A DNA stretch of 8,563 nt from Neoechinorhynchus agilis. Taxonomy: Eukaryota > Animalia > Acanthocephala. Below are positions 1-8,104 of the stretch, one piece after another. The notes under the pieces were generated by a model that saw only the letters and a program-made list of their open reading frames with translations, was not told the DNA's origin and searched no databases. Both the position numbers and the translations under genes were made by a program. The stretch lies in the NCBI GenBank assembly GCA_051530055.1, contig JBMGUZ010000087.1, positions 1 through 8,563 on the forward strand, given 5' to 3'. The first letter of the stretch is position 1. Each line of letters begins with the position of its first letter.

Positions 1-1930
1 GATCCACAGGACATAGTAGTTCCAACGCATTCGTCATCGATTCGAACGTTCCCAGAATTCCTATCGCCGATCCTCCTATCGCTGAATCGTGGTTTGTCCC
101 TTGAACAAGATGTGATCGGTTTAACAACGTGGGTTTCAAATTGGAACGAGGCCGATGAGCGATCCACGGAGCGTAGAACTTACAACACATTTGTCGTCGA
201 ATCGAACGTTCCCAGAATTCTTATCGCTGACCCTCCTATCGCTGAGTCGTGGTTTGTCCCTTGAACTAGATGTGATCGGTTTAACTAGGTTAGTTTCAAA
301 TTCGAACGAGGCTGACGGGCGATCCACATGACGTAGTAGTTCCAACGCATTCGTCATCGATTCGAACGTTCCCAGAATTCTTATCGCTGATCCTCCTATC
401 GCTGAATCGTGGTTTGTCCCTTGAACTAGATGTGATCGGTTTAACTAGGTAAGTTTCAAATTCGATCGATGCTGATGAGCCATCAACAGGACGTAGTAGT
501 TCCAACGCATTCGTCGTCGATTTGAACGTTCCCAGAAGTCTTATCGCTGATCCTCCTATCGCTGAATCGTGGTTTATTTCCTTGAACTAGATGTGATCGG
601 TTTAACTAGGTTAGTTTCAAATTCGAACGGGGCTGATGAACCATCCACAGGACGTAGTACTTCCAACGCACTCGTCGTCGATTCGAACGTTCCCAGAATT
701 CTTATCGCTGATCCTCCTATCGCTGAATCGTGGTTTGTCCGTTGAACTAGATGTGATCGGTTTAACTAGGTTAGTTTCAAATTCGATCGGTGCAGATAAG
801 CCATCAACAGGACGCAGTAGTTCCAAAGCATTCGTCGTCGATTTGAACGTTCCCAGAATCCTTATCGCTGACCCCCTATCGCTGAATCGTTGTTTGCCCC
901 TTGAACTAGATGCGATCGGTTTCACCACGTGAGTTTCAAATTCGAACGGGGCTGATGAGCCATCCACATGACGTAGCACTTAATGTGCATTCGTCGTCGA
1001 TTCGAACGTTCGGAGAATTCTTATCGCTTATCCTCCTATCACTGAATCATGGTTTGTCCCTTGAATTAGATGTGACCGGTTTCACCACGTGAGTTTCAAA
1101 TTCGAACGAGGCCGATGAGCGATCCACGGAACGTAGAACTTCCAACACATTCGTCGTCGATTCGAACGTTCTCAGAATTCTTATCGCTGACCCTCCTATC
1201 GCTGAATTGTGGTTTGTCCCTTGAACTAGATGTGACCGGTTTCACCACGTGGGTTTCAAATTCGAACGAGGCTAATGAGCGATCCACAGGACGTAGTACT
1301 TTCAAAGCATTCGTCGTCGATTTGAACGTTCCCAGAAGTCTTATCGCTGTCCCCCCTATCGCTGAATCGTTATTTGTCCCTTGAACTAGATGTGATCGGT
1401 TTCACCACGTGAGTTTAAAATTCGAACGAGGCTGACGGGGATCCACATGACGTAGTAGTTCCAGCGCATTCGTCATCGATTCGAACGTTCCCAGAATTCT
1501 TATCGCTGATCCTCCTATCGCTGAATCGTGGTTTGTCCCTTGAACTAGATGTGATCGGTTTAACTAGGTTAGTTTCAAATTCGATCGATGCTGATGAGCC
1601 ATCAACAGGACGTAGTACTTCCAACGCATTCGTCGTCGAATCGAACGTTCCCAGAATTCTTATCGCTGACCCTGCCATCGCTGAACCGTGGTTTGTCCCT
1701 TGAATTAGATGTGACCGGTTTCACCACGTGAGTTTCAAATTCGAACGAGGCCGATGAGCGATCCACGGAAAGTAGAACTTCCAACACATTCGTCGTCGAT
1801 TCGAACGTTCCCAGAATTCTTATCGCTGACCCTCGTATCGCTGAATCGTGGCTTGTCCCTTGAACTAGATGTGACCGGTTTCATCACGTTAGTTTGAAAT
1901 TCGAACGAGGCCGATGAGCGATCCACGGAA
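1..1930. repeat. Tandem array (satellite-like) of ~160-bp units: 12 full copies plus an 11-bp partial copy; runs off the window's left edge
   Basis: Units start at 1, 161, 321, 481, 642, 802, 961, 1121, 1281, 1440, 1600, 1760 and 1920 (partial). Core sequence GAACGTTCCCAGAATTCTTATCGCTGA...TTGAACTAGATGTGATCGGTTT...GTTTCAAATTCGA recurs in each unit. Three 1-bp indels: unit 4 is 161 bp, units 6 and 9 are 159 bp. The many short ORFs called here are repeat-derived. Confidence 0.97.
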
Positions 1931-2820
1931 CAAACTGACTTCGAAAATTCTTTAAACACTCTTGTTATCCTCGTTAAACTATCGATAGATTCATCGCAAG
2001 TGGTTGGAAACGCATTCCTGATTGCCCAAGCGGCTGCCTCGTCCAATAGCTTCTTGAGCAACGAATATGCGTCGTAAATTACATTCGGTCTGCAATACTC
2101 GCAAATCTTGTCCACTAAGATAGATGGGCCTTAGAAGCTTGCCATTGTAGAAGTTTTAAAATAAGGGTTATCCATGGAGGGTCGCGGTTGGAGATCCTGA
2201 TGAATTTCTTGGGAATTGCCGAAGCTAGGGAATTTTCTATGATTGAGGTTAGGGAGGACATGGCCAAGGAAGGGTAATTTGTGTTGTCAAAGTGGGATGT
2301 GCGGATGTTAGAGTTGAATAATTTTATAAAATTTTGGATGTGATGATCACGTTTATCCCAGACGAGAAAACGGGGAGATTTCACACGCTGAGGTGGGGTA
2401 GCGGGAGTGATAGGGGCAGGTGAATGGTCAGAATTCGCGGGGGGAGGCAGTTTAGAGGCGGATGAGTAGGCGTCGATATTTGTGAACACTTTGTCGGGTT
2501 CAGCGTCAAGACGAGTTGGGAAGTCAATTAGTTGACGCAACTCGGAGAAGGGTAGAAGAGAAAATAGATTATTTAAGTCGCCTGCAATTGAGAAATGGTG
2601 CGAATTTGCAGTTCCGCTGCATTTTTCCAGGTTTCGCCTCTAAGCTTCGCTTCGATTGGCTAGTTCTGCCGACTGGGTCACGAAGTCATTAAAATGGACA
2701 AGGCTTAATGTTCCAGTTACTTTAGAGCGATAATTAATTTCCGCAACTCTTTGCCCGTGTCACGGTGCCTCTTCACGGTTAAATTTTTTATAAGGTATGG
2801 AGAGTTGTATGGATGGGTTT
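1931..2820 (-). mobile_element. Decayed APE-endonuclease non-LTR retrotransposon fragment (CR1/L2-like): endonuclease plus linker, RT missing
   Basis: One minus frame with scattered stops gives SIPYKKFNREEAP*HGQRVA (cf. IPGY..FR.DR..GGGVA), IAGDLN (2571-2588; cf. ILGDFN), QLIDFPTR..PDKVFTN, PPANSDH (SDH at 2424-2432) and DPPWITLILKLL. It continues as WTRF..IA.RM*FTTHIRCSRSYW, resembling the post-APE linker. The element is cut off at the satellite. Confidence 0.85.
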
Positions 2821-2880
2821 CTCTTAGACTTGTCATAAAGTCCGCATCCTGAATTGTAATTCCCACCATTCGAAATCTTT

Positions 2881-3380
2881 TTGGAGCCAGAGTTAAAGAA
2901 ACTCAATTCAGAATTGAAATGTGATGGCATAGCCATAATTGAACATTTGAAAAAATTAGATCTCTCTGAAACTGAAGTGGTAGCTATCGATACCCGGATT
3001 TATCGGATCGGAATACATAATCACAGAAAACGAAGCTTGATGACTCATCTTGAGCTTAAACGGGATCGGCAACTTCACAATAGGTCCATTATATCGTTGG
3101 CAAGGCAATCACTAACAATACAACGGTGAACCAGACGCAGAAGTTGTTTAAATAGCGTACATTATGATGAAAAGAACAACTATTCCAACAAGTCCTGATA
3201 TTAGTTGATTCCAGAAACAAGACTGCGACTATTATTGATTTCGCGATTAATTATGAAACCGGAGAAAAATTCGGAAGCGTAAACACAATGAGACAAAAAG
3301 AGACAAAATATTAAGTGATAAGGAAATCAGCTGCATAAAAACAACGTGGATGAAACATTGCCATAATATTTCGAAAATAT
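2881..3380 (+). mobile_element. Decayed C-terminus of an RLE-type non-LTR retrotransposon (R4/Dong-like; R2/NeSL not excluded)
   Basis: HLKKLDLSETEVVAIDTRIYR resembles R4/Dong WL..G.L..ETE..I.AIQD...TRNY. LHNRSII resembles RHN. NK-PD-I(L)VDSRNKTATIIDFAINYE...KETKY (PD at 3194-3199, KY at 3306-3311, read through frameshifts) matches the RLE PD..D...K.Y motif, followed by QRG*NIAII. The CCHC knuckle is eroded. Confidence 0.7.
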
Positions 3381-3511
3381 TAGGCTTTTAAGGATCTGAT
3401 ATTTTCACAAGAGTAATGAAATGGAAGACATGCTGAATGCAATTAATGACTTAAAAGCACAGGAAATTTTTAAGTTTTAAAACTCAACCTTTACATATAC
3501 CTTTTGCAAGC

Positions 3512-3925
3512 TTACGCCAAAAGTTTAGCTCGTGCAATAATATCTTTAGGCGTTATTAGATAATTCCTAATCTTTTCCATCGACGGAACAATCACAGTTG
3601 ACCAATTAAATGGATGTGCTAAATTGACTTTAGTCCAATAATCCACTTCGGATATTTTCTTCTCGTATCAACGTGAGACAAATCTAACCAAATGATGTTT
3701 AAAGAAGCGATTTAAAATTTCTTTCAAAAGATTCCATACATCGTCCAAATAGAAATGGCGATCTTTCAAAAACTCTCCTGAAACCTTGTTGATTGTATAT
3801 GCAAACTCAAGACCTGATTCACTTTCAATGCGTCCCATTTTAGTTTTAAGAAGACGATGAAAATCAAGCAGATTTTGACCGGAAGATATGGGGGAGAATC
3901 GATGGTGGAACAACGATGCATGCAC
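3512..3925 (-). pseudogene. Unidentified decayed ORF (~138 codons, one internal TGA at 3668-3670) containing FYLDD
   Basis: ORF 3668..3925 continues in frame past the TGA as YEKKISEVDYWTKVNLAHPFNWSTVIVPSMEKIRNYLITPKDIIARAKLLA*. The composition looks protein-like. YLDD followed by ILNRFFKHHLVRF is weakly RT-like. Confidence 0.3.
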
Positions 3926-4255
3926 TTGTAGGCCGATCGGTCCTAATTGGAAGTAATTTCATCGATAATCAAGAATGACTATTCACTCAACGACGTTATA
4001 TGGAGCAGAATTAAACCGAATGTTAGCTTCAAGCTTAGCTGCTGATGAGTTGAAAAATAATAGCCTTTAATTGTTTCCTAAAACAAGATTACCCGAGGTT
4101 ATACTAAGCCAAATTAATCACCAAAAACTAAGGCTGAAGATATCATTCAATCCACGTAAAACACCCGACGAGAGGAATACTTTGAATGAAATAAAGACAA
4201 TAATGTTCGATGAATTTATTGTGTCTTTGATTTCAATCGAGGGGGGGAATTCCAA

Positions 4256-4534
4256 TTTATTGATAGTTGCAACCGTATTAACGTCCCCGATGACTGATTT
4301 ATTTGTACGAATTTTCGTCTGCATGCATTCCCCAAGCTGGAAGCTGAAGATTCCATACAAACTAAGACCTGCTCAGGGGGGTGACAGATCACCCGCGGGC
4401 CTAACAACCCCGGGCACCCGAGTTCTGCCCAAGCTACACTCACCATGTACTATTCTAGATACCGCATGCAGGCGAAAATTCGTACAAATAATTCAGTCAT
4501 CGGGGAGGTTAATAAGCTTGCAACTATCAATAAA
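4256..4534. repeat. Inverted repeat / MITE-like foldback: 71-bp arms around a 137-bp spacer
   Basis: Arm 4256-4326 (TTTATTGATAGTTGCAA...TCGTCTGCATGC) is the reverse complement of arm 4464-4534 with 5 mismatches and no indels. No unambiguous target-site duplication. Confidence 0.9.
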
Positions 4535-4639
4535 ATGAATTTATTGGTGAAATTCGCGTGCTCGTAGTACAAAGTATGCTAACGAGCATTGATCAACACA
4601 ATTTTCTATTTATTGGTTTTGCCATCCGAATTTAAATTA

Positions 4640-5330
4640 ACTGATTTATTTCCAATATTTCGTCTTATAATTTCGACATAACCAAGGTTTGTCATTGATT
4701 CGCAACTAGTAAGCGAACTGCAGCGCAATCCGAATTTGAGTAATGCCACGAGACCAGTAGTCAGATAAAATAGCGGCATGACGTCGAGCTAAGATCATAA
4801 AATTCCAAATAGAAAACAAGCAAAATGTAACCAGCCCCTTCGTCCGGTTTGTAGATTGCTTGTTTTGAAAACCAGCATCTTTGAAAAATCGACACCATCT
4901 TCAAGTACAGCACATTCCTAAAGTTTAGTAAACTCTCTTTTCTTAGCGAGAAACAGTTTTTATGATTAAAATTCCTAATTAAATCTAAATACGTCACATA
5001 ACTCATTGGTGTGATTCTTTCATGTTTTGGTGAAATGATTGTACACGCCAAGAAAGCATTCGACATCACGCGTTGCAGTCGTTGCTCTGAATTTCCGTTT
5101 CATTGAGCAGTGTAATTGCTTTGACCTACTTGAGGAATTCTGCGGATTTGGAGCGTGGTGAAAAGGTTGGTACTTGAAAAGCGTAATGCGGCGCAGTTTG
5201 AATGGAATTCAGTTTGATATTCGACGGGAGCCATCATTGTAACGGTTTTTTTGTCGGATCGCTGTTACATCATCGTGGAAATCGTTTTTTGACTATTTGT
5301 TCTCATTAGCATTTGCACTTTATCTGTTTC
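4640..5330 (-). mobile_element. Decayed Ty3/gypsy reverse transcriptase and connection region
   Basis: A single frame with few stops: KKTVTMMAP...AALRFSSTNL..LQIRRIP...YTAQ* (cf. NK.T..D.YP.P...GAKYFSTLDL..GY.QIR....KTAF), RLQRVMSNA (cf. RMPFGLxNA), YVTYLDLI (YLD at 4983-4991, eroded YLDD), LKM...RCWFSKQAIY (cf. LKL...KC.F.K.EI.YLG) and SCRYFI (cf. SYYRRFI). Confidence 0.7.
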
Positions 5331-5659
5331 ATCCAAATCAAAGATTCTCGTAGTTGACCTGATTTATGCGAAATATAGCTTCATTCTGGAGTTTTTGTTT
5401 ATTTCTGCCACGCACACGAGTCTATTTCGTGTGCAGGAATTCTTGAGACTTGAACATTCGAGTTATAGTAAATAATTACGACCATAAATGATTCGCGCTT
5501 TGTGTTCGCCTTCATTGTCATTTCATAGCATTTAACTATTCTTATTCTTAACTCCGGTTACTTCGTCCAATATTCTCATTATATTCGTTTTTGGTGCTAC
5601 TTCCCAAATCTATCGGAACCATCGGCCTTGGACGAATTTCTGTGACCGCCACAATGCAC

Positions 5660-5920
5660 CGATTTCCTGGCACTATCTTGAGCTTCTGCATCAACATCGC
5701 CTTCTAAAACTACATTCAATTGACTTTCTTAGATATAAAAGTCGTATTCAGCTGGCTCATTCCACCACTCATAAATCCCGACATGACTGTTGATTACATT
5801 ATCTTCACCTTCCTTAAGGTTACTCTTTATTGTCATGGAGCTCTGCTTTCTCCGGGCTGTTAACAGACATTCTTAAATTTCGGCTTCCAACTCCCGTTTG
5901 TATGAATGGGAGACTTCCAC
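5660..5920 (-). mobile_element. Decayed retropepsin (aspartic protease) remnant of the same gypsy-like element
   Basis: LPFIQTGVGSRNLRMSVNS resembles LP.I.V.VG...RAL.DTGA with the catalytic motif lost. After a frameshift come EYDFYI*ESQLNVVLEGD / LMQKLKI, resembling F.V....ILG.D.L. The position, between the gag-like region and RT, fits. Confidence 0.45.
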
Positions 5921-5949
5921 CTTCAGAAGTGGTTCCTTTGATTTTCTTT

Positions 5950-7335
5950 TACGCGATTGTGCGCCATGGCATTTGCCGATTATCAACAAAGCGCGAGCCG
6001 ATTGTTACGCCCGGTGATTTCCCGACGAATTTCTTAGTCGTGTGCTCTCTCCCAGGTGCTTCAATTTCGCCAGTAGCGTCCTGGGATTGCGCCATTTTCC
6101 TAACGTCTTTATTTATTTGGTCAATAAAAGCCTTTATTTCATTGAGGTTCGAACACGTATTTCCAACTGGATTTATTTCGTGAGCTGCGAATTGGTTTTT
6201 ATAACGCTAATCCGCATGCACCTTCGTGGGATTCAGCAATCTCGTTGGACCAGTTGCTCCGAGTGTTATTTGTTGTGGGTTGAAATTTGTAATCTGATTT
6301 CCAAAATAGGTGTTCACCATTGGAGCATTCACGTTTGCTGGAAAGTTTGTATTGTGTATTCCCATTCCACTATTCATTTTTGGTCGATGCGGGCCATAAC
6401 CGAATTGGATGTTTAATGGTAAGTTGGGGTATAACGTTATTTTTGTACTGAAATGCAAATTGTTGTCCAGGACCATTTTATTGGATGTTTCCGTGATATA
6501 TTTGTGTTCGTAGGCTCCATTGCATGTAGCTCATCGCAAATGTAACTTTATATCTGATTTGAGGCAGTTAATTGTATTCATTTGGCGGATACGAATTTGG
6601 GACGAGCAGGGAATGTCTCTCGTGCTTATCAGTGTAGCCTGTCGTCCCCTTGCCTCATTCTTATCCGCCGGTTTAACCCGAGGTCGTTTTGTTTGGCGTT
6701 CCTTTGTGTTGTTCGGATCGTACATTAAAAAGGATTCTCTACTTACTGTAGTGCTAACGACTCTTACAAATTAATACTGGTGGGATAAAGTGTTCCTTAT
6801 CAAGTTCTAAAATTAAGATATCATTCAGATTTTCTGAAATGATTAGTGGCGATGCTCACCTTCATCTGATCGATTTCTCTTCTCACGGCCATTGCTGCAA
6901 AATATGGAACGTTACTGATCATCCATTGATGGATTTGTTGAATGTTAAGCGTTTTTCACTCGAAGTTGTAATGACTCCAAAGTAAAGAATTTATCTGACA
7001 TTTGATTTTTAGTTATTAAATGGTTCATCAGTTCGTTTATCTGGTGTTTTTTGACCTTTTCCGTGATTTTCTTACGGGAACGAATTCTATGGAAGTATCG
7101 GACGAACAGTTGCTTGAACAGGATAAGTGGCTTGCACGGGAACTGGCGCCTTTTAACGCATCAGATAGATAGTGCATTACTTCAGTAGCTGCAATATACG
7201 AAGCCGCTAAAAGATAATAAGTACTTCCATGAGACGGTTGGTTCCAAATTTCACAGAAATTTACTGGAGAAGTACGCTTGCATGGTTTAAAACTTGTGTT
7301 GGAGCATTTTATTTGCTTGTTCAGAATATCGCCCT
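5950..7335 (-). mobile_element. Decayed gag-like region of the gypsy-like element
   Basis: One frame runs from ~6770 to ~5820 with only isolated stops (6531, 6207, ~5951), joining ORFs 6531..6725 and 6207..6476, and is N/P/Q-rich. Upstream MHYLSDALKGA resembles gag capsid L...L.G.A. The call rests mostly on position upstream of the protease and RT. Confidence 0.45.
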
Positions 7336-7346
7336 TATCTTCATTT

Positions 7347-7486
7347 TGTGATGGCCCTTAGTTGGCTTTTATTAAACAAAACGGACACTAATGATGGATG
7401 CGCGTACCGCGCGCACGTGGGAGGTTTTATATCGATGTAGCGCATAAATTAATTACGCGCATCGATCTATATCGCAATTCACATCA
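7347..7486 (-). repeat. Candidate short LTR (~137-140 bp)
   Basis: On the minus strand it starts TG(A)TGTGA and ends CATCA(CA), giving a 5-bp terminal inverted repeat in either register. It contains TATAAAA (7425-7431) and then AATAAA (7368-7373) in LTR order, and follows a purine-rich GGCGGAAGG and an integrase-tail motif. There is no second copy in the window. Confidence 0.5.
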
Positions 7487-7670
7487 ACCTTCCGCCGGAT
7501 TCTTTTCGGAAGCGAGTCGAGCGACGGACCAGCTTTCCGTTTTCGGATGTCCACGTCGAACCTCGTACCTGCTGCGCAGTATCTGAAGTAGTTTATTCAG
7601 CAGGCTCGTCTGAAGTAGGTTGCCCGTCAAGGTTATCTTCTTTTTCGACATCACATGTAATGTCATTCGG
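7480..7670 (-). mobile_element. C-terminal integrase tail of an LTR retrotransposon
   Basis: Frame NDITCDVEKEDNLDGQPTSDEPAE*TTSDTAQQ...LVRRSTRFRKESGGRLM* is an acidic low-complexity tail followed by RRSTR.RK, the typical end of gypsy/BEL pol just before the PPT and 3' LTR. Confidence 0.55.
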
Positions 7671-7753
7671 TTACTAAGCACTGCTTAGTTGTTTAGCCGC
7701 ATGTTTTATATAGTGATGATTGTTTGATAGACAATCCGACTGAAAGATAGATT

Positions 7754-8104
7754 TTATTCAAACACCAAGCTTTCGCCGTCCAACGGCTTCTTCAGGGTGT
7801 AATCTGCAATGCGAGTGGAGTGGAGGTTCATGACGCCTCGGGAGATTATCAGCGCTTGCGCTATCGACAGTTCGACGGGATCCTGCGCTTTGTACATTAT
7901 GCGCGTGGACAGCCGAACTGTTCCATCCGGGTTGACTCGCGAATAATGTTTCACCCACGGTGTCGTCACATACGATTGCGCACTTGGGTTCAACGAGTTT
8001 CGTACATGCTCGGTTACTCTTTGGCGAAGTGGCCTTTCTGTTTTGCCCACGTACGTGACCAAGTGGCCACGGTCAATCCGACACCGTTCACACCGGATCT
8101 CGTG
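7754..8104 (-). mobile_element. Penelope-like element GIY-YIG endonuclease domain (3' end of element, 5'-truncated)
   Basis: Open frame HEIRCERCRIDRGHLVTYVGKTERPLRQRVTEH...PWVKH...IAQALII...MNL matches PLE (V)YEI.C..C...YVG.T.R.L..R..EH...E(AL).I...LN. The stop overlaps AATAAA, and a hammerhead overlaps the last codons, as is typical of PLE pLTRs. Confidence 0.88.
7762..7800 (-). ncRNA. Minimal type I hammerhead ribozyme of the Penelope-like-element type
   Basis: Minus strand reads ACACC-CUGAAGA-A-GCCGU(UGG)ACGGC-GAAA-GC-UU-GGUGU. Stem I is ACACC/GGUGU, stem II is 5 bp, the core CUGANGA/GAAA is intact, and stem III is the palindrome AAGCUU. The predicted cut is between 7767 and 7766. Confidence 0.85.

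Noticed and set aside
129-136. Splice-donor-like GT(G/T/A)(A/G)GTTT in every satellite unit on the + strand
   Set aside because: The conserved AG acceptors give exons of 19, 73 or 112 nt, none frame-preserving, and variation in the open + frame falls mostly on second codon positions.
470-500. Hammerhead-like CTGATGAG...TCC-ACA-GGAC in satellite units
   Set aside because: No GAAA follows stem II (GTAG instead), and CTGATGA is freely mutated among units (CCGATGA, CTGACGG, CAGATAA, CTAATGA).
1-1930. CRISPR array or CENP-B box
   Set aside because: There are no unique spacers, as whole units repeat. TTCG-N4-A-N2 is followed by CTGA/CCGA rather than CGGG.
4041-4060. CTGATGAGTTGAAA hammerhead-like core
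   Set aside because: No stem II and no pairing for stems I or III.
3340-4120. Excess of TGA among internal stops suggesting a TGA=Trp genetic code
   Set aside because: TAA and TAG stops and frameshifts also interrupt the same elements. TGG-to-TGA and CGA-to-TGA transitions explain it as decay.
4071-4538. 155-aa + strand ORF as a gene
   Set aside because: It runs through both arms of the inverted repeat and has no recognisable domain. The + strand ORFs 5830..6183, 6042..6416, 6520..6774 and 7820..8326 are likewise antisense shadows of TE frames.
5020-5280. Alternative gypsy RT reading with FHDD and RDVECFLG in another frame
   Set aside because: The adjacent frame gives a longer, collinear series of RT motifs, so these matches are treated as chance.
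5412-5434. 8-bp hairpin GCACACGA/TCGTGTGC (Helitron end or terminator?)
   Set aside because: No CTRR end or U-tract at the expected distance, and it lies inside decayed gypsy pol.
7673-7689. Palindrome ACTAAGCA-C-TGCTTAGT
   Set aside because: Isolated, with no second copy or supporting context; compatible with chance.
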